The translations under genes were made by a program, and so were the position numbers. The notes beneath the pieces were generated by a model. The model did no database searches. It was not told the origin of the DNA and worked only from the letters and a program-made list of their open reading frames with translations. A stretch of 59,452 bases of DNA, the filler included, from Platydemus manokwari (lineage: Eukaryota), in the NCBI GenBank assembly GCA_037951405.1. It is 4 parts of 4 records of this genome, joined end to end, with 100 filler letters (N's around TTAATTAATTAA, not from the genome) between each part and the next. Parts side by side here need not be neighbours in the genome. Positions count along the whole stretch, not along the records: positions 25,136 to 44,715 come from JBBMOY011844722.1; positions 44,816 to 59,452 come from JBBMOY011428088.1; 2 more parts are not named here. One strand, given 5' to 3'. Within the stretch, counting starts at the first letter, position 1, and the number at the start of each line of letters is the position of its first letter. Below, piece by piece: positions 38,901 to 52,969 of this stretch.

Positions 38901-41900
38901 TCACTAAAATTAATATCAATACAATTTTAAGATTATTAAAATCGAAAATCCATTCGCTATAGATTAGTAATAATTTAATTCGTTTAATATTATTTAAAAT
39001 ATTTAAATCAAGTTTTTGAAACTTTTAATACTATTTTACAATATTTTAATGAGTTCAGTTGACATAGTTAAAAGGAAAAAGCTGTCACGTAATTCATAAA
39101 AGCACCCAGTTGTGTCACATGACAATTAACGAGTTGCTTTTTACGTAAATTTAAGATTATTCATTGATTGTATTTAAAATTTAACTAATTTTTATTAATA
39201 TTCGGTCAATGTGACATTTTCATGGATTGATTGAGATTATATTAATTGAAGTTGACAGCAACATTAAACACTGTGTTGGACCAAACAGCGCAGAAATTCA
39301 TTAATATAAACTTTACCAATGATTTTATTCAACCCTCATGAAATGCATTGCTGAAACTCATGATAGAATTATATTATAAATAATTATATATAATCAATTT
39401 TATTATTCATCTTAATAGCAATTTCTTTCATAATCATGATAATTATCCAATCAGTTGTTATAATAGTCTCTCGTAATTTCATAAAATTGTGGATATTTCA
39501 AACGAATCATTTCCGTTACCATGGTATTTTCAAAAATATCTCCAATCCTTCTCCAGATATTATCAAATCATTATGGTGAGAATTAATGTTGATAAACGAA
39601 AATGCATTCATTTTCAAAGTATGAAATAAAAATTTTTTTAATAGAAAAAAAATGTGATAACAATTCCTTTTTTTGCAATTGTTCTCCGGCAATTTATCAT
39701 TCCAATCATTCCATTAGCCTGCAGCATTTAATTTGTAGAGAATTCGAAATTGGCATCGACATATTTTCTCAAACGTTGTTCCGATAAAATATTTCCATCA
39801 AAAATAATGTTCAAAATAATTTTCATTGAACGCTATTAGAGGTATTATATTGATGAATCGAGTGTATATTTGGTTTTTTATTCTTTTTTTTAATTTTTGT
39901 GTAGTTTTATGTGTTTGATTCGTTTTTATAAAATCTATTAGTGGTATCGATTTTCTATTTATTTCAAGGAAAAAATATATTTATCATTTATTATTATAAT
40001 CCATGTTGACGCCTTACAGCGGGACAATTGTCTCAAGCGATGTTCTAAACTATGTCACTTGTTTATATTTGAATTTTTTGTATGCTTAATTCTCATCGAA
40101 TTATTTTCAATTTTATTATTTAATCTCATCTAAGTGAACATATTTATGTACGTCCGTGCACTTCTCAAGGTCTTTTGCAGTTTATTGTTTAAGTTTTCCT
40201 TGTACCTGGTATCTTCTTATATATATGGCAACTCTGTGATCTACTCTTAATAGGATTTTGAGGAGATCCAAATGAAAATATTATTATTATTTCATTAATT
40301 TATTTATTTTAATCCAATCCTCAATTAGTAAAACATATATTACGCCTGGGAGATGGAGTAACCACTTGAGTATAAATCAAAATATCCCACATTCAACACA
40401 AATCTTTTATGATTATTGTGAGCCTTTGTAGTACCGTTAATATTCTTAATAGTAATTTATTAATTTCGTATTCCGGTTTTAAATCAAAGTCACTGAATAC
40501 GAGTTGATAATTATGTATTCAATCCAAACTGAAATCACTGAATCAATAAATGGATAAATAAATAAATAAATATCCAAATTTCGATCAGAAAAAGCTTCTC
40601 ATGTTTCACTGGCAAGACCGAATGTGAACTGGAGTGAAAGCTATCATTAAACATGGACTTACAATTGAAATAGGAGTGGAAATAATCAGTGGAACAATGG
40701 GAATAGAGATGGGGAAAATTAATAATTTTATATTCCTGACTTGTGATATATTTTTTGCGCCCCGAAAATTACCTTGATTGAACTATTAAAATTTTCTGAG
40801 TTTTAAAGACAAATGATTACGGATCCATTTCTTTAATAAAAGATTCCACCTATTAAAGCGTAGATCAATTTGGCGATCTACAAGTCCCTGAGATTCTTAT
40901 GTTGTTAATATATATTTGTTATCACAATTTTTTCATTAAGTTTATGTCAGTTTGTAAAATTATGTTTAAAGCTATAATCATGAGGACTTTAATATCAATA
41001 AATATTTAAAAGGACATTTTAAATGGAAAATATATTTGTATTAAATAATATAAATGATCGATTTAATTAATTAAAATATCTTGATAAAATATACTTTGTG
41101 GGTTGAGCGTCTTAAATCGTTTTCAATTGCTATTTAGCTATCTTGCTTTTGAATTAGTTTTTCTAAAGTCAATGTTATAAAAAGTACAGAAAATGGTGAA
41201 TAAGCGAGAATATAAAATATTTTAAATAGAGGAAGCTGATAGAATTGAGAAGAAATATATAAATAATTTTTTGTAATAAAAAAGAGAATAAAAAAAAATT
41301 TAACAATAAGGATCAAATCGTGGGTGTTTATCTTATTAGTCAGTAGCAAGATGAGAAATACTATTGTTTCTAATCTATCGTTTTCGAATTTTGAAATAAA
41401 GCATTTCGTGATTAAAGTAATTAAATTAATTAATTAATTAATCGATTTTTTTTTAAATGCAGAATATTATTTTTTGAAATCTCTGGAAAAATAACGAAAC
41501 TGATATCTGTATATCTTGGAAAAACCGTCTCGTGTATCCGACTGAATTATTTAGTTTTTAATTTCGATTTAAATTAATTTACTGAAATCAGGATCATTTT
41601 TTCCGCCAATTCCTACTCACCCAGTGGCATATATTTGGCAAAATTTGTATTTTCTTTTCTTTACAGAAATCTTAACAGAATCCATTGCATTATTTCAAAT
41701 TATATTTGCTACCGAATTTCAATTTGATTAAGTCGATAACGAAATATATTTTGATGGCCGGAAATACGATTTTGAAAATTGCGGTTATATATAGATAATA
41801 ATGCTCGGGAATTATTTTCAGTTATTTTTTGTAGAATAATTTTAATTAATTTTAAAATATTTTTTTATTATTTTTTTTTAATTTTATTTTATTTCCTTTT

Positions 41901-43414
41901 ATGATTTATTATATTTATTATATTTTAGTGTCGCTTTCAAAATTAAATTTCATGATTAGAGTTTAAAGGATTTTTAAATATAAATTCAAAAAAAAAAGAA
42001 TATTGAAAGTATTCCATTAACCAGATTCCATTGGTCTGAATTTCGAATAATCGATTTTTGTGTGCAAAATCAATTTTTACTTAAAATTAAAAAGTTTTTT
42101 TAAAACTTTTCAAACTTTAAAAAATCAAATATCGAATACAAATTTGTTTCAATCCATTTATTATTGATTTTACTTAATAATTTCGCCCGATTCTTTACAG
42201 GGGACACGGACTGATAATAGATCCGAATTACGATAAGTTATCCATTAATGAACCAGGCATGTTTGATATGACAATTAAAATACTTACAATTCCACAATAA
42301 AATTGGTCTCTAGAGGCAATTATCCGATCATTAGCAAAATGAATATTTCAAGTATTAGATGAAATGTTAAAAATATTAAATGTATTGATTATTGGTTGAT
42401 AATCGATTTTTGAGAGTTATGATGTGGAATTTATAATTGTCGCTGCTCGTTATTATAAATTGCTACCTTTTCAGGTTTTTATTATTATTTAAAAGCCATT
42501 AATAACCGAAAAATAAATGCCGATAAACCACCCATAAAAAACACTCAATCTGACAGTCCTCACGAAATTAAATAATTCTCAACTCATCATGAAACTGTTA
42601 GTGAAAACAAATCAGTTATATTTGTGATGATTTAACATTCGATATAAATCAGAAATTCTAAGATATTGTTTACTAAATTCCACTTATTTAAAGCATGTCG
42701 AATAAAATAAAAAGTAAGGAGAGGAATGGGCAAATTAATTGTGAGAAATTTTAAGTTTTTACAAATTATTTTAATTTTTTGAAAAAAAATATTATTATAA
42801 ATATATTTACTTTATTTATTGAAATGTTTTGATTAAACATAACCATGAGTGAGCGGAACTTCTTAGATTCGTTACCAATTCTAATTTTAATGATTTGTAG
42901 CAGCTTATATTGTGAAAACTATTTATATTCAATTTTGAGAAAGCCAATGATGAAGAATAAAGCAGATATAGATAATCTGGAAGATATTGTTATCATCAAA
43001 AAATTAGAAAACATTGAAGATATGTAGAGAAAATAGAACGACAAATAAGACGAATATCGAAAATTTTAAATAAAACTTAATTAAATCAAGAGTTAATTTG
43101 AGAAAGCCATGCAGGGATTTTAAATTTCATAAACTCATTTTTAATTATTTTTAAGAATATAACTCGTTTAAAATAAATTTAAATTATTTTTTCCAATATT
43201 TAATTAAAAATACTTTTGTGGTTGAAGTTAAAAATATGGATGAATTCTAAAGCAACGGATTTATAATGATGATTAATAAATATTGTTGGATCCCCAAACA
43301 ATTAACTAACCTCTGACTCCAAAAATAGAAGACTGATAATATATATCGATTGTGGATTATGCAGAACGCCTGCACGTAATATACACTTTGCAAAATATGA
43401 ACCTGAACCCTGGG

Positions 43415-43749
43415 TTCCAACTGGCATGAGGCCATCTTTACGTCGAGTTTGATATTCGCGATCTGTATGTAATTTTTTGTGTTATGTTGCATCATATTTT
43501 GATTCGATCTTTACTTTTCCATGTTCCTATTGGGTTTTTAAGTTTTTGCATAAGTGGGATTGGCCAAACCCTGTGTGTGTTGCTGTGATGCTATATCCCT
43601 TTTTCCAATTGTCGTTTACCATCTAACTTCACCGTGCTTGGTTGGTTGCTTTGCCTGTATGGTTGTGTAGGCATGCCAATATTTAAAACGCTTAAACAAA
43701 GGTTACAAAGTTCAAATCCGTTTTTTGCATAATTTCATCTCACTCAACA
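43415..43749 (-). repeat. LTR-like dispersed repeat, copy B (probable solo LTR)
   Basis: Minus strand starts TGTTGAGTGAGATGAAATT. Diverged homolog of 25675-26020. Confidence 0.7.
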
Positions 43750-44815
43750 ATATCACAATATTCATGAGACATCTTATAAATGTAATGTGATATCTAAATA
43801 TCTGATGACAATATATAATAAATAGATAAATATAGATCGACTGTTCTAATACGATAAATCATCAATGGTGAAAATACTCGTTGTAGTCAACGGTGAATAT
43901 ATGCTTATCGTTTGATTTGGTTTTAATTGTTTTCATTGATATCAAAGAATCGATTGATATCGTTTTGTCATGGATCTGACATTAACCGAGTTCTACTGCA
44001 CATCTAATGCTAAAAAATCAATATTTAATTCTTTTGAAAAATTCTAAAGGCAAATTTATCACGGACACCCAATCAAACAACTCGATAATTTCATTAATCT
44101 TTCAACTTCCAAACAAATTTCTACATTCAATAGTGAAACTGTATTTTGTAAATTGACTGAAAAGAGAAAATTAAGCTTCGAACAATGTTGTAATAAATAT
44201 CAAATAGGAACTCATATCGCCAATTATATTTATTATTAACAACCTCACCAAGTTTTGCATCACGGTAACTATTAGAAATAAGGATTATTAGGCGAATTAA
44301 AAGTTGTAGTGTGAGGTTCCGTTGAAATAAATGATTGGTTTAACTTTATAGTTCGTTTAGTAAATATAGATTTGACATCACGGGATATTTCATTGATTCG
44401 TTATTATTTTTGTAATTGTTGATAGCACGACGGGTTTATGAAAATATTTTCTTTATCTTTTCTGACAAAATACAATTATCAAATACAGAGCGATTGATGG
44501 AAATTGTATTGAATTGTTTAATTAGAACAGATAAAAATTTGTTACAATGTTTTTTTCGAAATTTTTGTGTTTTAATTGTGTTTCTATAGCGAGATAAGAG
44601 ATAAACAAATGTTTATCTAATTTAATTGCGAAATAATGATGGAAATAGTGAATATTTCTTGAACTATTAGAAAATTTATAATGGAAATTTTGATGATGAT
44701 TATGATGATGATAATNNNNNNNNNNNNNNNNNNNNNNNNNNNNNNNNNNNNNNNNNNNNTTAATTAATTAANNNNNNNNNNNNNNNNNNNNNNNNNNNNN
44801 NNNNNNNNNNNNNNN

Positions 44816-44907
44816 TGAGTTTTTTGTAAACCTATCATAGTTTTGGCCCTCCAAATTTTAAAAAATCAGTAATGTGGCCCTTTGCTGAAAAAGTTTGGAG
44901 ACCCCTG
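44816..44907. mobile_element. End of a hAT-family (Buster/SPIN-like) MITE or transposon
   Basis: Ends ...TGTGGCCC...AAAAGTTTGGAGACCCCTG, the reverse complement of a CAGGGGTCTCCAAACTTTT terminus. The rest is lost in the gap. Confidence 0.7.
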
Positions 44908-46414
44908 CTCAAGATCATCAAGTAAAAATAGGATTAAGTTCCGTATGGTGTGAAAAAACGACCATAGATGCTTTCCTGGGCGTTAATGCAATGACCACCA
45001 ATTACTGAACTTCTAATCTACAGCACAACACTTCTTCTTTACAGCTTAGCATAGAACAAAAATCGAGAAATAAATTCAAATTAAAGCCAATTATATTTTA
45101 CTCGTTTAATATTTTTTCATTTTGTAAATGCGTATGCTATCAAAGATGAGCTTGAATTCGAAAAGTATTTAAAAATACATTTTAAATTAAATTTTTATTA
45201 GTTTGTTATATTTTGGGTCATTGATTTTTATTATTGTAATTATTATAATTATTTGTCGATCAAATTTGTGGTAAACCTGCGACAACTTTCTGAGTTCTTT
45301 TCGACCTTCAGATAATAATTTAATCTCAGTTAATTGATTTTTCTTCTCCTCAACCGACAACAATCTTATATGAAGTTAATTGGAACTGTATGGATAATGA
45401 TTTTAATGCTTTAAATCGTATTACTGCTTCTTCTATTGTCTCAACGGAATTAAGATTGTTATCGGATTGTTGTTATGGGAATTCTATTATAATTTATTCT
45501 TCACTATTATTTCCAAAATGTGGGGTTGATTTTGTTTTTATTGTTAGTATTTTTCTGACTCATTTAAAATGCGGGATTAATTATTTATTCTAAAATTATT
45601 TTCCAAATTAAGTTCATTCAATTTATCGAAAATCACAGCGGTGATTTCCAAGTTTTGAATTTTTTCATGTCCTGTCAGTATAAGAATGTTTTACGAATGC
45701 TTTAAGTTGAAATTTTTGTTATATTTTCAAAACTGTCCATGGAAGTTCACGAAGACAGAAGTCAGTAGAGTAAAGCGTTTATTTACGTTTGATAAATTGT
45801 GAACAAAAATAGGCTGTGACTTTTTTTATTAATTGATTTCTTTAACCACGAGTAACATAATGTTATGATTTTATTGACTTTTCTATTATTCGATTATTGT
45901 TTGAAATTTTGTCGTTTAAATTTTTGTTTACATTGAATTGAGTGTTACTGTTGGCCTACTTGTCAGTGTTTGTTTTCAATTCATATAAACAAAATGTAAA
46001 TAAATTTCAATAAAATTTATTTTCGTTTAAAATAACAGATTAATATTAATTAGATAATTATAATTGTATTATTATTATTATTATTTATTTGCTTTTATTA
46101 TTTATGATATTATTGACATTGATTCAATTTCAAAACATGTTTATATTTTTAGAACTAGTAGGAAATGTTTAAATTATAAGTTGAGGTCATGAGTTGCTCT
46201 AAAATCGTCAAGAAATAAAAATAATAAATTTATTTAAATTTATTACACTTACATTTATTTTTGTAAACTCTAAAACAACCAGGTGCAAAATCACATTTAT
46301 TTTTGAAAAATCAATAATAATGCACACGAAATGCAGTAATAAAAATATTTTTTTAAAAATTATAATATATATTTCATAAAATAAATCTGGTTTTTTACTT
46401 TTTAATTTTGAAAA

Positions 46415-47719
46415 ATGTCAGTAGCTAATCGATCAGCAACCGATTCAAAACGAAATTTATTACCATGGGTAATTCTTTTATTTGCTGCATTGAATGTCAT
46501 CTTTCTCGGTGGTAAGCGGCGAGCATTTGGAATTTTTGTTGCCGAATTTCATCATGGAGATTTTAAAAATGTCAGTTTAGCAGAATTAAATTGGATAGGA
46601 GATTCGTATGCAGCTTTGGGATATTTAACAACATCTTTATCCACAACTATTATTCTAAATTATGATCGAAGATATAAAATGTTTCAATTCATTGGTTCTT
46701 GCTTTGTACTCCTTGCTTGTTTAACTAGTGCAATTGTTAATAGTGCTCACTGGCTTTTTCTTACTCATACTGTGTTACACGGTATTGGGTCGAGCTTAAT
46801 TCTCAGCACTGTTGGATTGGTAGTCAATGAACATTTTGATAAAAATCATAAATATCATTTGTTGGCAACGACATTGGTATCTGGAGGTTCAATAGCATCG
46901 ATTGTTTTTGTTCAGTTTTATGCATATCTTATTGAAGTTTATGGTTGGAGAGAAGCATTTGTAATATTAGGTGTTTTGTATTTTTTCATTAATTGTTCCG
47001 GATCATTCACTTTCAAACGAAAAAAAGTAAAAGCTAAGAAACACAAAGACAGTGGATTTTCTTTGGATTGGCGAGAACATATAACAAGAAGACACGTGCC
47101 ATTATTAATACTTTGGACACTTGATCGTATATTCACGACAATTGTTATTTATGGAATGCTTCTAAATCTAGCCGATTATTTACGAAGATCAGAAAAAACA
47201 CTGACTGATAGTACGTCATTAACTGTTTTATTCGCAGCTGGTGAAGCCAGTACTTATCTTATAGGAGCGATTATCACAGCAATGACTAAGGATTTCTTCA
47301 AGAATAGATTGAAATATATTTTAGTCACATGTACTGGCTTCATGGGCGCAAGTCTAATAGTTTGGGAATTTGTAAAATCATCAAAATTTCTATCCAATAT
47401 ATTAGCATTTAGTTCTGGATTTTTTATCGGACCTAGTGTTACGTTTCTATTTCCAGCTGGAGAGGAAATGACTCAACTGCCTGGTCATTTGGCATATCCA
47501 TTTTCCTTAGGCGGTATGGGTATTGGAATGCTTTTATCACCAACGCTGAGTGCTGTCATTGCATCGAAATATGAATACAATGGATTTTTCTTTATCCAAG
47601 GATGTCTGATGATGATGAAATTTACATGTTTATTTACATTGTGTATTTTGTCCAGGAGGATTTCAGAAAAGTCAATTGTGGAGAAAAATCATCTATTGTC
47701 GATGTCAGAGCATGAATAG
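46415..47719 (+). CDS. MFS transporter, monocarboxylate transporter (SLC16/MCT)-like, copy 1
   Basis: 434-aa intronless ORF with ~12 hydrophobic segments. MCT-like motifs: 'AELNWIG', 'LHGIGSSL...VNEHFDK', 'YLIEVYGWREAFVILG'. Confidence 0.85.
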   Translation: MSVANRSATDSKRNLLPWVILLFAALNVIFLGGKRRAFGIFVAEFHHGDFKNVSLAELNWIGDSYAALGYLTTSLSTTIILNYDRRYKMFQFIGSCFVLLACLTSAIVNSAHWLFLTHTVLHGIGSSLILSTVGLVVNEHFDKNHKYHLLATTLVSGGSIASIVFVQFYAYLIEVYGWREAFVILGVLYFFINCSGSFTFKRKKVKAKKHKDSGFSLDWREHITRRHVPLLILWTLDRIFTTIVIYGMLLNLADYLRRSEKTLTDSTSLTVLFAAGEASTYLIGAIITAMTKDFFKNRLKYILVTCTGFMGASLIVWEFVKSSKFLSNILAFSSGFFIGPSVTFLFPAGEEMTQLPGHLAYPFSLGGMGIGMLLSPTLSAVIASKYEYNGFFFIQGCLMMMKFTCLFTLCILSRRISEKSIVEKNHLLSMSEHE

Positions 47720-48423
47720 GTAGAGAAATTTTCAAATGAATGCAATGCATTGATGGTTTCGTTAATAATTTAATGAAATATAAGAAAGGTGAAATGTAGG
47801 AAAGCAATTTGTTTTAATATTATCTGGATGTGGAATTAAATTTCATAAAAAATTGTATTATTTTTATTGAATTCCATATATTTATTTGCTTTATATTTTA
47901 TAAATATAATAATTGTTTAGTTATACCATTATTGCTAGTTATTGCCAAATTCATTAAATAGTTATTGAAAGCGATTTTTTGAAATTCCACTCAAAAATTA
48001 TTTGACCAAAATTTTCTATCAAATTTTTGACGGTTATTTTAGTAATTGGTTCTATTCAAAAATGATTAAAAAATATTTATAAAAATCATAAAATCTTCAT
48101 AATTATTATCGTAAATTATAATTTTTGGAACAACTAAATTATTAAAAACGGCATTGAATCATATTTTGTTGGTCATTACATTTAAAATCCAATTCAGCTA
48201 AACGCACCATAGAATATGGCAGAAGCCAAAATAATTTACTACATTTAAATGTATTAAGTATTCTCTCAAACATAGGCAGGTGTAAATACATGTTGTCGTT
48301 TGAAAAAATCAATATCGCACACAAAGACCTGCATATATAGAAATTTATTTTATTACTGTATAAAGAGCTCAATGAAATTTTTTTATGGTATTCGTTCATT
48401 TTCTTTGGTTCTCTTTTAGAAAA

Positions 48424-49812
48424 ATGTCAGACATCAATCGAGTCGTAACTGATTCAAAACGAAATTTATTACCATGGGTAATTCTTTGTTTTGCTGCATT
48501 GAATGTCATCTTTCTCGGTGGTAAGCGTCGAGCATTTGGAGCTTTTGTTGCCGAATTTCATCATGGAGATTTTAAAAATGTTAGTTTAGCAGAATTAAAT
48601 TGGATAGGAGATTCGTATGCAGCTTTGGGATATTTAACAACATCTTTATCCACAACTATTATTCTAAATTATGATCGAAGATATAAAATGTTTCAATTCA
48701 TTGGTTCTTGCTTTGTACTCCTTGCTTGTTTAACTAGTGCAATTGTTAATAGTGCTCACTGGCTTTTTCTTACTCATACTGTGTTACACGGTATTGGGTC
48801 GAGCTTAATTCTCAGCACTGTTGGATTGGTAGTCAATGAACATTTTGATAAAAATCATAAATATCATTTGTTGGCAACGACATTGGTATCTGGAGGTTCA
48901 ATAGCATCGATTGTTTTTGTTCAGTTTTATGCATATCTTATTGAAGTTTATGGTTGGAGAGAAGCATTTGTAATATTAGGTGTTTTGTATTTTTTCATTA
49001 ATTGTTCCGGATCATTCACTTTCAAACGAAAAAAAGTAAAAGCTAAGAAACACAAAGACAGTGGATTTTCTTTGGATTGGCGAGAACATATAACAAGAAG
49101 ACACGTGCCATTATTAATACTTTGGACACTTGATCGTATATTCACGACAATTGTTATTTATGGAATGCTTCTAAATCTAGCCGATTATTTACGAAGATCA
49201 GAAAAAACACTGACTGATAGTACGTCATTAACTGTTTTATTCGCAGCTGGTGAAGCCAGTACTTATCTTATAGGAGCGATTATCACAGCAATGACTAAGG
49301 ATTTCTTCAAGAATAGATTGAAATATATTTTAGTCACATGTACTGGCTTCATGGGCGCAAGTCTAATAGTTTGGGAATTTGTAAAATCATCAAAATTTCT
49401 ATCCAATATATTAGCATTTAGTTCTGGATTTTTTATCGGACCTAGTGTTACGTTTCTATTTCCAGCTGGAGAGGAAATGACTCAACTGCCTGGTCATTTG
49501 GCATATCCATTTTCCTTAGGCGGTATGGGTATTGGAATGCTTTTATCACCAACGCTGAGTGCTGTCATTGCATCGAAATATGAATACAATGGATTTTTCT
49601 TTATCCAAGGATGTCTGATGATGATGAAATTTACATGTTTATTGACATTGTGTATTTTATCAAAGCCAATTTTAGAGAAATCAGCATTTGAATATCGTCG
49701 TGTGTCACAATCGGATAATGAAGATTCTTCAGATTCTGATCATGATTCAAAAAAAGTCGATTATTTATTAAACAACGATAAAAATGAAAATATCAAAATC
49801 AGAGTGAGGTGA
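48424..49812 (+). CDS. MFS transporter, SLC16/MCT-like, copy 2 (longer acidic C-terminal tail)
   Basis: Paralog of copy 1. The ATG at 48424 (MSDINR) aligns with the copy-1 start and follows a polypyrimidine-TTTTAG acceptor-like site, so the ORF-track start at 48385 is probably too far upstream. Confidence 0.85.
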   Translation: MSDINRVVTDSKRNLLPWVILCFAALNVIFLGGKRRAFGAFVAEFHHGDFKNVSLAELNWIGDSYAALGYLTTSLSTTIILNYDRRYKMFQFIGSCFVLLACLTSAIVNSAHWLFLTHTVLHGIGSSLILSTVGLVVNEHFDKNHKYHLLATTLVSGGSIASIVFVQFYAYLIEVYGWREAFVILGVLYFFINCSGSFTFKRKKVKAKKHKDSGFSLDWREHITRRHVPLLILWTLDRIFTTIVIYGMLLNLADYLRRSEKTLTDSTSLTVLFAAGEASTYLIGAIITAMTKDFFKNRLKYILVTCTGFMGASLIVWEFVKSSKFLSNILAFSSGFFIGPSVTFLFPAGEEMTQLPGHLAYPFSLGGMGIGMLLSPTLSAVIASKYEYNGFFFIQGCLMMMKFTCLLTLCILSKPILEKSAFEYRRVSQSDNEDSSDSDHDSKKVDYLLNNDKNENIKIRVR

Positions 49813-52800
49813 AATATGTTTGATAATGTTTTCAGTTATTTGGACTTGGAAATTTATTTGATAATATCAATTTGTTGTTGGTTATTTAAATTTTGTTCTT
49901 TTTTCTCTTTCTATTTATATTAGTATAATAATATAAATAATAATATATTTATAATCCATAATAATAAGATAAATAACTATATTCATTATTATCATCGCCA
50001 TTTTTTAAAATTATTTTCATTCGGTCATTCGGTTTATTATTTTTGTACTTTAATTTATCCGGCATACACCTTTAAGAATTTAATCAGCACACTTAAATAT
50101 TGATTGTCATCAAATAAGGATTTAATGTGGCCTTCAATACAATTACTTAATATGCCACAATTATGTTCGTTAAGGTAGTTTAGATACTATTTTAATGATC
50201 AAAAATGAATCTTCAATTGGTTGACAGAAAATTTTCGGTTGGAAAAATATGAATGATATTATCAAATGTTTTTGTTTTTGAATTTTATACGGGCTTGGTA
50301 TTTTAAGCTGAAAATCAAATAATTATGAAGTTGTAGAGAATCTATTCAATTCTGGGCTTAAGTCAATACAAGCAATGAGTTATAATATGCTATTGAAAAT
50401 TATCTTCAAAAATGTATATGTAACATTGATTAAAATATCAATTCAGGAATTCAATTGAGAAGAAATATTTCAATTTTTCGGACCTCGAGCTTGGTATGAT
50501 CTTAATATTTCTCAATTGAATGTTAATATCTATAAAATGTTAGTTCATTTTTGATTTTCTTCATTTTAGAGGTAGATATATCATTAAAATTATTCGAATT
50601 ATGTAAATCAATCCTTACGAAATCTATTAGAATATATTTCCAATAAACAAATTATTTAAACAAATTTTCAACCCATCAATACATATATATTGAAGAGCGA
50701 TTGATCAGTTATCTCGTAGCTATCGATTATCGACATGTATTACAATTATATATTTTTGGCTTTTAAAATGCATTGAATTAAAAACTACAAGGTCGTTATT
50801 TGCATATTTAATTTGATTGAATGAAACAAAGCACATTTAATAATGATTGACGTTTCACGAATATTCTTGAATTTGAACAATAGGTGGTTTGTTTTTAATT
50901 CTTAAGAATCTCCGCAAAATTGATTTTATATTTATTTCACATTGTTCTTCATTACAGGGACATGCTATAATCTATTTCATGGTTATTGTGAAAATATTTT
51001 CATACACTTACTGTTAATCGATGCCTTAACCAAGCACTTCAGTATACTCGTCAAATTTCTTCGTTTATAACGTTTTAGTGGATCATTAAATAATCAATAA
51101 GATATCAAACATTATAAATTTGTTGGAATTTTTTAAATGAGATTTTACAATAAAAAAATTTCTCAACTAAAATATAATCAATATTGTTTGACTTAATCGA
51201 CATAAATATTTATATATGGGTGTCGTATAACCAAATGTTTAACAATTATGTCCAAGAAAAATTGATTAATAATATCATTGTCAAAATATGTCCGAAATAC
51301 TGCAGAACATTTTTTGATTGTTTGTAAGCCTCTAGACAAGAAGTCAATTCGTCTTGTCTTCGGGTCTATTAACCTTATCCTATACAATCCATTTTTAAAA
51401 CAATCTATGATTTTTGATTGATTTTAATAGATCTCTTCAGTAACTCCTGTCTGGAGTAGATGGGGGAGGAGAACGTTTTTTAAAACACCAAAATTCGGCT
51501 CTATAAAAGCTTCAACAGTATCTCGTATCCGTGTCGGATATCTACTTTATATATCGCTTATACTAATAAGCAAACAATGCATAAATATATTATTCGAAAT
51601 AAATCTAAACCCAAATAATTATTGCATTGCCACTAAATTCAGCTCCAATTCTAAATGATTTTTAAAATCATCGAATTTATTTTTATTAACTTTGATAATT
51701 ATAAATTTTGAAATATCAAAAATTTTTAAATACTTTCCATATTTATTGCGAAGATTATTTTTGTTAATTAAAATCAATTTCGTTCACAGAAATAATCAAT
51801 ACATAAATTAAAAGCAGCGATGTTATAAAATAATAAATAAACAATATAAAACGATTTTAGATACCAGAAATTGGCATAACAAATGTTTGATTTGAGATTT
51901 AACTGATCGACATAGAATAAGCTTTGATTGGTTTGCCTCTTCGACAAAATATTTAAGTGTAGAAGATATGAATTGTTATATACATGATTGTCATGTATGT
52001 CATAGTTGATTCTCGGTTTACAGTATGACCGGATTTAATATAAAGTGTGTCTTAGGAGGACTGTAAATCCGTGTACATTTCTTTTCTCTTTTACATTTGA
52101 AGAGTCGTATGAAAAAGAACCCAGCGATTGTATTTGTTCATGTGATATATTGACTATTATAATTCTTGACTTTTTTCAAAAATATCCCAGAAAAAATATT
52201 TTTTCATTCAAAAATCTATTATTCTATATATGTTTTTTTCATTCATCAAATTTCAATGAAAGTTAATCTTTGAAAAAAGGTGTTTTAACGTAATTGATAT
52301 CAAACAATTTTAATAAGATTTCAACTGAAAAAACATAGATCACTTATGCCACATACAAGCCTTTTTATTTCTTGGTTTGTAAATAAATATTTATTATTAT
52401 TAGTGATAAAGATAAATATATTCAAAAAACAACCTTCAATTTATTATAAAATTCTGATCAATGAAAATAATCAAACAATGGTAAACACTTTGAATTCTTC
52501 AAATAAAATTTAACTCACGAATTTATAGTGTATCCTTTTATATTTGGTGCAATATCTCGAATAATCTGTGTAACACCGAAGTCAATTACCGGTGATTATC
52601 AAAATCAATAATTGAGATTCACAAATCTTGAGAATCGATAATTATCAGTCAAGTAATTTTTCACTGTTGACCTAATTCTGTTGATGAGACAGAAAATTGA
52701 AACTTAACGCTGTCAAATTCATTGATGTACAAACAAAGACAATCTGTGAAACAAGAAAGAAATCAAGCTTGATATAAAATAATTTTCAATATTAAAATAA

Positions 52801-52969
52801 TTAGCATAGTTTCTGTTTAGACAATCATCTCAATAAAAAATTCTGAATTCATTGGTTTGTTTAAGAATGAAACATTGTCGATTACATTCATATAAAACTA
52901 TATTATACACTGGTATTAAGATTTTTGAAGCACTTCTTTTATAAAAATTTATAAAACTCGTATTGTTAC

